64,000 nt of DNA from assembly GCA_026026165.1 (NCBI GenBank), contig JAPEUD010000003.1, positions 186,001 through 250,000 of the forward strand, given 5' to 3'. Origin of the DNA: Sarea resinae. Taxonomy: Eukaryota. The stretch's first letter is position 1; the number at the start of each line of letters is the position of its first letter. This document shows positions 1-14,352 of the stretch, one piece after another. Position numbers and translations under genes: made by a program. The notes under the pieces are model-generated. The model was not told where the DNA came from, made no database searches, and was given only the letters and a program-made list of their open reading frames with translations.

Positions 1-75
1 TGGCCCATGGTTCGTGGATTAAGGTCGGTCGGTACCTACTGAGGTAGGTATGAGGCAGAATGAGCTGTTGCCTTG

Positions 76-1370
76 CCTACCTACCTACCTACCTACCTAC
101 CTACCTACCAGCCAATCAACCTACAGCTCCTTAGCCAGAACAGAAGTTTGAATACACTTACTTAGGCCTAGAGGGGGCGTGGAGGTGTACTCCGTATTCA
201 AACTTCTGGCCACCTACTCCGTACTATTACCATCCTCCCTTCCCCCTCTCCACCAAAACCACCAAAACCACCAATTAAACCACCAAAAACATTCCCATTC
301 CTCTAATCCATCCCACCACCCCCTCTCTGCCATACCCTACCATACACCATACCATACCATACCATACCATACCATCTCCATCCCTCCAATCCACCCCTCT
401 CCCCCTCCCCACCAACGCCAAACCCATACACCCATACACCATCCCCATCCACCCCAAAGTATCCCCAAGTAATCACAAACACATAACCGCAAACAAACAA
501 ACAAACCCGCAAACAAACAAATGATCGATCATCATACCGAGCGCGCAAATCCACTCTCCTTCCCTTTTTCTTATCTCCGTCTCTGTCTCTGTCTCTATCT
601 CTGTCTCTGGTTTGTGCCTCTGTCACTATCATTATCTCCGTCTCCGTCTCTGCAAGTATCCCATGCCTATTTCTGTCTCTGTCTCTATCACTGTCTCCGT
701 CTCTGCAACTTCAAGCGCCCTGTGTCCTGTGTCCCGTACTATACTCTCCACTCTCCACTCTCTACTCTCCACCCTCCACTCTCTACTCTCCACTATCCAC
801 TCTCCACTCTCTACTCTCTACTCTATACGTACGTGCAACACCTAGATGACGGATCTGATCAGAGTCCCGTCCCGTCCCGTCCCGTCCGGCAGACCATCTC
901 AGACCCTCACAGAGCACTAACACGAACACGAACACGACTACGATTACAAATACAAACACGAACAGTGTAGAGAAGAGAAGAGAAGGTAGGTGTAGGTGTA
1001 GGTGTAGGTGTAGGTGTAGGTGTAGGTGTAGGTGCCCTTGCGATGAGTGATAGGGATACCGATACCGATACCGATACTAATACCCATATCCACTCCAGCA
1101 CCCACACCAGCACCAGCACCAGCATTATCTCCTCTCTAGAGCTCTTTGGTTGGACCTCTTTGGTTGGACCTCTACTCTCTCAGCCACCTGGCAGACAAAA
1201 AGGGAGGCGAGGGGCGAGGGGCGAGGGGTAAGGAATCGATGCCACGTCGCTTCCCTCCCTCCCTCCCTCCCTCCCTATAAAAACTTAACGAGCGGGCCGG
1301 GAGAAGGGCGGGGCGGGGAAGGGTTGAAAGAAACGGAAGGGTTAGGAAGGAAGGGTTAGAAAGGGAACGA
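76..1370. repeat. Compound microsatellite / low-complexity region
   Basis: (CCTA)n 76-109, (CCATA)n about 330-375, (CAAA)n, (CTCTGT)n, 7-bp CTCCACT/CTCTACT array about 745-825, (GTAGGT) about 8 copies at 986-1033, (GATACC)n. Confidence 0.9.
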
Positions 1371-1904
1371 GGTCAGATGGTTGGTTACCTTATTGATGCA
1401 TCCATTTTACCCAGTCAGTTTCGGGACTGCGCGAGCAGGCGGCAGCCAGCAGCCAGCAGCAGGAGGAGTATTAGGAATATCATAACATGACATGACATGA
1501 CATGAGAGACGTCTGTCTTGTCTTGTCTGGGATGAGCAAAGAAAAGAGCGTTCATATTGGGATTTTTCATTGAGCAGCAGCCGATGGCAGGCAGGCCAAG
1601 GCAAGAGAGCTGGAGGTATACGGGCCAAGGGATGTGGTCGGTCATGAACCATGAACAATTACGGCAAAAGGACTTTGTCTGATGGGAGGAACTTCACAAT
1701 CACTTTCTCTGTGGAATTCTGCGTGGTGCCGTCTGCTCTTCGTGTGGCATCCTCATCTCATTTCAGCTCAGCTCAGCTCACTGCGGCTTCGTTTGTCTGA
1801 ACTAGCCTATCTCCCCCTTCTTTTTTTTTTTCTGTATGTATGCCGTAGATTCTCCCATTTGCCTTCTCCTGTGCCAATACCTCCCCACTCGCGCTGATCT
1901 AGGT

Positions 1905-3239
1905 CTAAGCCTTTTGGTTGTTGATGCCCTTGAGCTCGACGTCGCTGTGGTAGGGCGGAAGAGATAGTTAGATGAGCAATTGACCCAGGCTGTGTTAAGA
2001 CGAGATGATGTTCTTCACTTCTTTGCTTGTTTCTTCTTCGAGAGATAGAAAGATATATGATGGAGATGGGTGCGGGACCAGGAGCTCCGAATCGGGAAGT
2101 TTTATGCGGGCGGAGGAAAGTATTTGGGATCTGGTACTTACAAGACTAGTGGTGCGTTAGGGGGGATGTGGCCCGGGAACCCGCTGTGAGTTTTCCGTCA
2201 GAGAATTAGCTCGCCGAAACTTTCATTTGGTTTCCATCTTTGAGGCCGGGGCGGGGAGGTTGACTTGGATCAAGTCGCGTCAGATAGCAGGGCTTACGTA
2301 CCGCTCGCCGTACGCCATGTGACTAAGATGGGACGACGAGGTTAGCATTCAACAGACGACATGTTGCTTTTGATACTTTATTTCCTTTTTTCGGGGAGCG
2401 GGCGGAGCGAAAAGGAATGGGTGATGGGGATCAAGACGGGAGCGACTAGAATGAGTGTAGGGCAGTGGGGGCGTAGAGGGACAGTGGAGAGGCGAGGGCA
2501 GAGTTGGGTGACTTGGGTGCTTGGGACTTGGGACTTGTGGACTTGTGGACTTACGGCGGAATGGTCAGTCTCGCTTTCTCGCCTAACGTCATCTGCTGAA
2601 CGCCGTCATCCCAGCCTAGAACACAACCCCCGGCAGCGGGGGTCGACGTCAGCCGTGAACAGACACCTACTCTACTCCAGAGTACAATGTCGATGGAGGA
2701 GCGGAGCGTAAATCCCTGCTGCGGAGAAGTCATGGAAAAGCATTCCATCCGCAGGGCAATCAAGTGAGCTGATGGGGCGAGGAACCGAACGAACCTTTGA
2801 TGACTCTGCCGACGCCAATGGCAGTCACGAAATCACCGCGGCCAACCGAGCTATCAAACCTGTGGTTTCAGGCATGCGTCATTAACAATGTCTGTGCTTC
2901 AAGTTGCTCTGGTGCGGGTGCTCGGGCAACAAAGGATTAGATCGATGCTCGTGCCCGGGTAAGGGGGCAATTGGGTAGGAAAAGTCAAGGGTGAGAAGTG
3001 GTAGAGTTGGGGCTGTTGATGCCATCGAGTGTCGATTGGTCTTGACTTCCACAACAACGCCTATTCGAGCACACACGTCGGAGAGAGACATACTGCTTTC
3101 CCTTGAAGCCGTTGGCCTCGCCGGCCTCGGCATTGTAGAGATAGCCTGTGTATTCGATGGTGACTTGGTCGCCGGCCGAGGGCTTGTTGGTGCCATCGCC
3201 CTGCTTGAGGACTTGAATGCCGAGAGATTGGGATGCCAT
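1905..3239 (-). CDS. FPR1: FKBP12-type peptidyl-prolyl isomerase (FK506/rapamycin-binding protein), 6 exons, 124 aa
   Basis: Manual splice with GT-AG introns gives exons 3239-3094, 2859-2795, 2615-2555, 2322-2302, 2183-2142 and 1944-1905. Product: MASQSLGIQVLKQGDG...VTIEYTGYL...KQFDSSVGRGDFVTAIGVGRVIKGWDDGVQQMTLGEKARLTIPPHMAYGERGFPGHIPPNAPLVFDVELKGINNQKA*, with the canonical FKBP motifs. Confidence 0.95.
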
Positions 3240-6190
3240 GATTGCGGCAGTACTTCGGGCTGGTTTAGGGGAGCTGCTGGGCGAGCGGGAAGAAGGTCTG
3301 AGGTATGAAGGAGTCACCGGTGGGATTTGACTTGTGTGTTACGTTTGACGTGAGGTGGAAAATGGTCAATTCTTATGTGCGGTTAAATCTAGTGTGCCTG
3401 GCTAGTATGATCGAAGATAGAGCCAGATCGAACTGTCCAGATCAACTAGGCCCGCCTCCCCCCCTTCCCAAGCGGGGTGCGAGGGTGGGAAGGTGGGAAG
3501 CGGCGTCGAGGCCGCGTCAAACCAAAGCTTCCATAGCAAGATGAATTTAGAATCTCAAGGTGAGGTGACTACCTAGGTCCGAATACAAAGGACGCCTTGC
3601 TTGAGATTGACTTTGGTTCCCTTCAACCTGGAATACTCTATCTACCTCGGACCTTAGTTACCCTGAACGTCCTGCCAATGCAGCAAGACGCCGCTACGGC
3701 ACTGATTGCATTAGAGGGGCATTAGAGGGGCAGTAGAGGGGCAGTAGACAGGCAGTAGACAGCTACGGACAGTACTAAAGATGCGATAGACAGCAATTCT
3801 AACAACGGACGGTCGTCCGTCGACGGCGGACGGCCGGTAGCTGGAGCTTTCATCTGTGGTCTCGGGTCTCCCGGTCTCGTCCCTCCCTTGTCCATGGGAT
3901 CATGGCTGATCCAATGACAGTCCCATGGCGATCCGCTGAATCTACGGCTGCTTGACGTTGCTCCCGAGATGCAGCACAGGCCTGCAAATTTGAGGACCGT
4001 CGGAGGTGGATAATAGAATCGTGACACCCGGATACCGTCGACGATCCCCCATGGCTATTACGGCCATAAAGTTGCAGTTTCTCCATTGGGCCAAGAACAA
4101 GCTTTCTTCCCTGGCGGATTGGATCAGGGTCAATGGCGAAATCGAATGCCTGTGAGGTCTTTTTGTGCCCATCGCTCGGCTCTGACCCCCGCCTCCACCT
4201 TGACCGTTACTCTGCCCATTTGATCCTAACGTGAAAGAGCCTTGGACAAGCGAGCAGCATGGCTCCACTGTGGCTGGCCATGGCGTTGCCTCTAAATCCA
4301 GGGCCCGATTGAGATCTCCTCGGTCTGTAAGCTGTAAGCAGAGAGGCTGTTTCGGAAGCGGAAATTGAACCCATTCATCCGTTGTCTGGACCCTGCCCGT
4401 GCTTCAAGGTGCATCGATCAGCATGCTTTGATTGCCATGATGATCTGATAAGTTCTTAGGGTACCGATGATAATCTATGACCAGGCGAAGGCGGGGCCCT
4501 CGGGCCCCTCGAGGTAGTCTTCGAGGTAGTCAAGAAGACGCCGTAGCCAATGGAGGGGAGATATTGGCATTCGAGGAAGAACTGAAGAGGCAAGCGCCAC
4601 GCCTTTCGCGGCTGCAATTCGACGATGCCAATGCGTTGTCGGGAAACACAACCGATTCGTTGAACTGTGCGGCCGCCGTGGTCTCAACTTTACGTGAACG
4701 TCGCTCTAGACAAAGCTCGTGGAACTCGTAACTCGGACCACAGCTGCAAGATGCATAGCAAAGTAGCTCTGGACTGATCCGGAGAGATCAAATGGAAGTA
4801 CAGTCAAGACAGCGGACGGTAGAGGACAGATTGGGAAAAGCTGTCCTCGAAGGGCCAACCCTCCTACCGCCGTGGCCCCCAGCACTCGCCGGTATGACTT
4901 GCAACGAGAACCGATGAGGAGGACCCTTGCCGATACTAAGGCAGATACGATGCTCTGAGGGGATGCTACCTGGCTTACCTACCCACCTCTCTTCCTCGAT
5001 GTGTGAATCGTGACTCGCCATCTGCACTCTGCACGTCCAAGGTCAACATCACATCAACCCAATCCAATCCCTCAAGATCCGAAGCTCCAGTTCCCCCACA
5101 CACAACTACAAAACACCAATCAGACTGTCAAACTCAGTGTGATTTCAAAGACTAGGATAGTGACATTGAAGATGACATCCCATTTCTTCTCGGTCTAAGA
5201 CATCTGCTCGATGAGCTTGAGTCAATCACTGCTGGTGGTTGCCGCTGTCCAACAATATTGCCGCCGCTGACCGTTGAGGATGCATTCCGCGATGGCTATA
5301 TCTCAGGGAGACCTCGGTCCCTGGGAGCTACGGGTACCTTACCAACGATAAGCGTATCGAGTTCTACGTCTTCTTTGCTTCGAGGGGACTGAAATGGACG
5401 GGTTTGTGAATTTATCACGCCCGTTCTGATTGCTGGATGGCTCGAATAGAAGCTATCTCGGGCTTTCAATGGCAAGGTACCTCACTGATTCTAGGATGGT
5501 GCCGATGAAACTGTAGCTGGGAGAGTAAATAGAGCTAATGATATTGTGATACTGTTCTTGTTTGCAAAAGGCCTTAGCTGATATCGAGGAGGTATAGCAA
5601 GATGCATAAAATATTCGTTCCACCTTCGACTCTCCCTGATCGACGATGCTGCCAGAGTACTTCTGGCGCACTTGCCGCTAGATAAATTGAACCGTTCAAA
5701 ATGGGCCAAGTAGATCCGACATGATACTACATATCCAGTATTCAGTCTGTCTCTGAACAAAGTGACCGCTTGCGGATCTCTTTGCTTTTTGGCGTCTGAT
5801 AAGAAACGTGGACGCTGTCGCACTAAGGAATTGGGTTCGGGTATTGGGCATAACTTTGGCACATCAATGACGGTCGATAATACGATGCTCAAGGGGCATT
5901 ATCTAATCAAACGGGACGTGCCTGATAGTATGTGAGTAAGAATATGCCGTGAATCGATATGCTAGAGCGAGTTCGACATATGATGCGTCATACTCCTTTG
6001 ATTGTGCGATTACGTCTATTCGTCTTATTTAATTGTGTCTAGTAATAGCCTTGTTCCATGATAAGAGCCACCCACTCTCATGCTGGTAATTGAGAAATAT
6101 CCATCGTCTGAGGTGTTGCTTGGCGACGAGGATGGATATTCGATTTCGCCTACAGTTCTTCCCGTCAATCCCACTAGCCTAGGCCATCCT

Positions 6191-8344
<2,154 letters not shown>

Positions 8345-8526
8345 GCCTTCCGGGGGTATTGGATCAGACAGGAGTACCAGAAGACTTTGGTTATCTCGTC
8401 AAGCAGATCGGATCTTCTCACTCGCTGTTGTTCATGGCTCTGAAACTTTCGACACACGTCATCGAATGCACCGGGGCAGACGCGAGTTATTGGCAGCAAA
8501 ACAGAGCCGTGGAATACCGCGTAGTA

Positions 8527-8532
8527 TTTATA
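8527..8532 (-). promoter_or_regulatory. Candidate TATA box of the glucoamylase gene
   Basis: TATAAA on the minus strand about 185 nt upstream of the ATG. Confidence 0.4.
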
Positions 8533-9926
8533 GAGTTGCAACGGTAGGTGATACAGGAGTAGTCGACAATTTGCTCTACTGTTTACGCATGCTAGACGAT
8601 GGCTTAGATTTGACGATATTCCCCACCGGAAGAAGGCGCGAATTGGAAGGTCTTCAAGTCGGCAGCTGGGATGGATGGAGAGACGGTAGTGAGGGCCAAT
8701 GTCCAGAGGAGTTACATCGCCGCAGGTTATTTGACGAGAATTCAAAATTCTGGCGGGGCTCATTTCCTTTCACATCCATAGATTCCTGTGTCTAGCGTTC
8801 AGAGCTCTTAATTCGTCCATTCGCTGGGTAGACATTCCGGTTGCAAGCAACCGCAGAGGCTCCATACGAACTAGGTAGGTAGGAAATGGATCCAATCCAA
8901 TGTTCGCCATGGACGTTCAATTTGGCTTGCCCGGGCACTTTCGAGCCAGAAGGATGCCTTTGATTGGACAAGGCAAATGTGGGAAAAGGGGCAGGGACCT
9001 GCGGAGCCCGGTACTAGATGACGCCGAATCAGGTGCGAAAAACGCGGGGTAACGCAGGCGTGGCGTCACCGGGTAAGGGACTATCGCACTCTATCAAAGA
9101 CTAGTGGCAATTGATCGATTAAGCAGCTCGTCGAAGGTACGAGGACCTCTCGTCTGTTGCCATCAACGTGAGCAAATAATGACATGACTATCTTTTCTTC
9201 GAAAAGACCATACGGAGCACCTGTAAACAGAAATCAAAGCCCAGTTCATGAAATTACTATCATGAGAGGGACAATGATGTTGGAAATTGTCCAAAACACG
9301 GCCTCGAACTACCTACCTTACTGAACTCGCGCAATCAATCCCTTTTCATTTGGTTTGTAACTCGAGGTACTGTAAGTTGATCCATGCCCTTGATTTTGCT
9401 CGTACAATAGTATCGTCAAATAAACCCTGTTTATTTTACCTACTCCGAGTATATGATTATGCCAAGCCAGCGCCAGCGAGTAGAGTTGAATCCGTGAGAT
9501 CAGGATCTCAGGGCCCTTTGCGGTTTCAAATTCGCATTCGCTTATCTTATCTGGCACCGATCGCCACATACCCGTAGCTACCGTACCTAGTACCCTCGCT
9601 TGCCTCTGATTGCTCAATCCAATCGATGTGGGGTGATCTAGGGCAGAACTGCTCACCTGTCATGATGCGGTAGATGGTCTGGATTCACGCGCCCGGTCGA
9701 TTGAACAGATCTGAATCAATAGGTGCTTCCTACAAGTCCTATTCAAGGTCCCGACAGCTTCCATGTGAAACTCCGATTGCCGATCTTACGAATTTACTAT
9801 TCCACGCCCTCGAAGAGCACCTCTTATTTCATTGATTGATCCTCAGGAGGGATCTCGGTGACTTTATTCGACTGAGCCTTCATACTCGCATTGTCCGGCG
9901 CATTTATCCAATCAGTGCCAGCAAGC

Positions 9927-10178
9927 ATGCCCCATGCTTCAAACGCGAACACTGAGAGCAAGGATATCCAGGAGGTCCAGCAGTCCAATGAGATATATCT
10001 CAACAATAGGTTGTCCGCGGAGGTACGGATAAGGCTTGACGCTGCGGAAGAAGCCTTGGCCTCAGCAGAACAACACAACCGGTCAAAACCCGAGGAGGAG
10101 AGAAGGAAGGAAGAGAAAGAAAGAGAAAATGAAATTGACAGAATGGAATACTTAAAGGCAACAGGTATTTACTTCTGA
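9927..10178 (+). CDS. Possible small orphan protein (83 aa, charged, coiled-coil-like)
   Basis: ATG at 9927. Protein-like helical sequence (RIRLDAAEEALASAEQHNRSKPEEERRKEEKERENEIDRMEYLK). No recognised family. Confidence 0.3.
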   Translation: MPHASNANTESKDIQEVQQSNEIYLNNRLSAEVRIRLDAAEEALASAEQHNRSKPEEERRKEEKERENEIDRMEYLKATGIYF

Positions 10179-13100
10179 GGCGTTTTGGCTCCAAATTGAT
10201 GTGACCTCCGAAACTGTCTGACCTCCGCTTCTTGTAGGTTTGGTTTCTGACGAAAGAAACTCGATTACAAATCCTTCATAGGCTGAAGAACTGTTGGACG
10301 AAAGGGGCTTTTTGTGATCCAATTGTTGCGGGGTGGTTCTTGGAACTGGCACGTGCCCGGGCAACGGCATTCTTCCCCTTGTACTTGATGGTAGACCGGC
10401 GTTCGAAGTTGATGGGCGCAATTCCAAGCCAGAAGAAGGTTAATCAAGACTACGTTGGCGTTAATAATTGGGGAATGATCATTTGATAAAGCTCAAATAA
10501 AACTTGCCAAATCTGCAAATGAAACAGTAAACCGGAGTTTGCCACGTCTCACGGCTGATGAATTGCCATGCTCGAGCTCTCCAGTAAGATGCTAGATCAT
10601 GTCAGGATTGCTCCGACCTAGCACAGTGTAGAGGATCGGAAACGTATAACATGGCTGCCCCCCGGATGGACATATGTGGAGGCTGTCTCGTGTACTCTGT
10701 CCTCGATTGGTTGCGTTCTCCCGAAAAATTTGACGCATCAATTATTAAAACAAGGTCCTTAGTAATTCAGAGCTTCGATCTGGAATGAGATACCAGCAAT
10801 ATACAGCCCTTTGCCCGATATATATTACCAAGAAACCATGTAGTTCCTGAAAACAATGAAGCGATATGTGGTTGATGGATGGACCGCGCGGTATGGTATA
10901 CACCTCAAAAGGAGCAGCTGGTCACACCTGATGTATGAGAAACGGAGGTACATGGCAAGGAGTTTTCTTGAGCTTTGGCTTGATACAAGTGTCCAAGTGG
11001 CGAAAATTCGCCCCCGGATTCTCGAAGCTTCGGCGGGATGTGCGGAGCACGCTCATGGATCATCGTCGTATCGCAAGCAGCACTGCCATACGTTTGTTTC
11101 TGAGAATGCCTCAGTGGTCAATGACGATTGTGGGAGGAAAGGATCAGGTCTTCGGGTAGCGACGATCATCCGATGGCACAACATGGATTCTACCTTCGGG
11201 AAGCAAGCAACTGATGACAAAAAGTCTGCGATGGCGGACCACTAGAAAGCAGAGTGTGGACTACCATCTACTCCGGAGTACCATCCCTAGCCGCCAAGTA
11301 CTCCGAGTACGGTGAGTTGGGGTTCTTGAGGTGACGAGAGGTGGAATGATATGACTGAGCTTAAGACGAATGACGGTGAATACTTTTACACCGAAGAAAC
11401 GTACGTAGTAGAGATTAATCAGCAGTGGACAGCAATTGGACGCCGCGCAGAGGTCAGAAAGCATGTCAGACAGTCAGAGCCATTATGCCATGATCAGAAA
11501 TCATTCCGAAAAAAACTTTAATACGATGAAAATTTCTCATTGGCATATCTTGGTCCTCTCATAGGGGAGTGCAACACACCGGCCATCCGTGGATGTTGAT
11601 TGAACACTTGAGGTGTGCTGGTCGGCAAGGTACGTACTCTAGAATCAGCAGAGCAATCGGTAGGTACCGTAGGTAATCCTGTTTAAGGTACCCTGGGTAC
11701 CTATTGTAATCCGGAGTACCTAATGTAGTGTTGTGGGCGCCTAGACCGGAGCGTTCAGAGTCTTCCGTGGTTGACAGCTCAGGCGGCTCAGGCAGCTTAG
11801 GCGAGCAACCCCACTCAAAACATGAACTATCTTCGTGTTGAGCTTTGGACGAAGTATCCGTAACCATAGAGGTAAAGGGACCAGCGTGTATGGAGTAGCA
11901 GCTTATTTTCTCAAGTGTGCCGGCTTGTCCCAAGGCGAATCGAACAACAAAGACGACGACAGCACAAGATACCTTACTTGACAACTTGCACTCCGGAGAC
12001 AGCCTAACCTTCTGCCTATGTACCTAAAATATACCTGTCTGTTGTCGGGAAGGTTCTGCAGAGATGAGTGGCTATCAAAAAGCTGGGCCGTACACTAAAC
12101 CAGTTTGATTTGAGGATCAGATCAGGATAGGTTCGGCGTCTTATCCCGCATCCGTCCTCCGTACATCGCCGATTATTGCTGCTGAAAGCTACGCGGATGT
12201 GGTCAACAGAGAGGTAGGTGGAAGATCGGAACACGCGCCGACTATGGGAATACTCTAGAAGAATGCGAGCAGATCACCTCGGTCTACTCCGGAGCAGCTC
12301 CTTTCCAGCTTTGCTTCTTCTGACTTGCGCACAATACTACATACTCCGAAGTATAGTAATCGATTGCTACCGAGTAATGATAATAATATTACGCGAAATG
12401 CATCAGAATATCCAATAAATGGACGCTTTGATGTTACACTGTACTTGCCGTCCATTGCTCTGCCTTTCCTACCCGACCCGTCAGAGCGTGGGATAGCGGG
12501 GGCCGTTGGCAAGAGGTTCGGCCCAAGAGAGGTGGCTGATGCGATGAGGTGTGCAGCGATCCAGGCGTTGATCGATGAAGTACTTGTACAGAGGCTATCT
12601 GATCGGGCATCGCTTTTCAACAATGTGCTGGCATCCCCCCGCCTTGCACATTTTATTATTGCATCCAGTCAACTATTTTCGGGCGTGAGCCGCCGACAGC
12701 GAGGGCTGATCACTGGCCACATGGATGCTCTGGGCTTTACATACCATACCAAAAGATCAGGATCGGCCAGGTCATCTCTCGTTCTATACGAGTACTTGGT
12801 ACTCATTCCAAGGGGCCGACCTCTCACATCTGGCCCAACACGCATCAAGAGGAAAGGTCTTTTGCTTGGGGTCGTGCGCGTCCGTGGCGCTGTGCCTGTA
12901 AGTACCTCGCGCAGCATAGACTAGGTGCTAGGTGCAGGTACTCTACATGGTCGTGGCTCGGAAAGGTCATGGCGCCCTGATGCAACCAATGCGACTCTTC
13001 AGCAATGGAGCGATGAGAAGCAATCGGACGAAGAGCCGTCCTTTGAATGTTCGAGTGTGCAACAAGTGCCTGCTCGTGTATGGCAGAGATGTGCTGCTGC

Positions 13101-14352
13101 TGCAGCTGCAGCTCTAGGGGTGGTGTGCGCGAGAGGACGTCTCGTTGGCTGCAAGCCTGAGAACTCCGCGGTCGGACGCATCCAGCATGGCTGGAGTGCG
13201 TGAGCAGGGTAATCAACGATTGGGTGCTCGCTCTCTGTCTTGCAAACCGTGGCCGTGGTGTCATCACGGGCAGACCAGGGGCAAGTACTGCCTGGATCAC
13301 GGTACCTCTGCATTGTCTCCTCGTTGGCTGTGTTCTGGCTGTGTTTGGCTGTGTTCTGGCTGCTTGGAGACCCGTCCCCTCCTCGTCCACGTACCGGTAC
13401 CCTAGAGCTGACATCTGCAACCGATGCCCGCGTCGTGCCGAATCGTATCGTACCGCGCCGTCTGGACCCTCTCGCTCACGCACTAAGATACTTTCTTTTG
13501 ATGGCTGAGTTACGATATACGAATACAGCGTACGGAGTACATCCGTGGGAAGATTGAGAGGTACGAGTACGGATCGTCGTACTAGAGAGGTACGGAGTAC
13601 TACGTAGAGTGAGCATTTTCGTGTGATGCCAGGCCATGGGATGACAGGCCATCCATATGCCGCCTCCCCCCTCCCCTCCCCCCCCCCCCGAACAGATACC
13701 TTGCATCTTTCTGCCTCTTTGCCTTGCCATCTTTGGACATTTTCTGCCCACGCAACCAGCTCACCCACCCACCCTCCCATCATCAGGTACTATGAGTACT
13801 CTAGCAATATCGGAGTACTGCGTGGTAGTGTGGACCTCCCACCCTCTCGACAAGAGCCAACCTCCGCGCAGACAGCCATCCTGTCTTCGCTACGGACCTG
13901 GATAGGCTCCGTGCTCTCAGACGAACTGTCAGCCATGTCGTTGTCGGCTGTTCCCTAAAACACCCTCCTTCATGCTTCTTCTACCACTGCCACGCCCACC
14001 TGCCTCTGAGCCTGCCATCCTACTCCGGCCTGCTCCCTCTCCCGAAGCCCGACCTTCCGCCCCAGAATTTTTCTATATCCTTCCCTAGGACAGATGACCG
14101 AGATCCAGCATCCAAGTCCAATGAACTCCTTGACGAGGTCTCGCCTTGTTTGACAGTTGTCGTTTGAGTCTTTTTCAGGGCGTCCCTGTACTGTGCTTTC
14201 TTTGCTTGCAGCTTGCAGTGCACCTTTATATCGCCCATCTTCGTCGAGCAACGATCCTCTTGTTCCTGCATGTTGACCACACCTACTTTTTGATCTTCCA
14301 TTTCATCAAGAAGACTTTATGATCGGCTTGACCTCGTCCATCCTCTCTCAAG

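Noticed and set aside
179..1897. Numerous 60-150-aa ORFs at the window start
   Set aside because: They are translations of microsatellites (PTPT, RDRD, LSTLH) with no splice structure or family motif.
3710..3764. Degenerate 11-bp tandem repeat (CAKTAGAGGGG); 14-bp duplications at about 1142 and 26799
   Set aside because: Ordinary slippage duplications with no spacers. Not CRISPR-like and not target-site duplications around an insert.
4477..5640. Short protein-like fragments between FKBP12 and the glucoamylase
   Set aside because: Could not be joined into a spliced model or assigned to a family. A relic cannot be excluded without a homology search.
12325..13958. ORFs of 199 aa (+) and 312 aa (-)
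   Set aside because: No recognisable domain, overlapping in many frames, and lying in motif-rich promoter-like DNA upstream of the 14353 gene.
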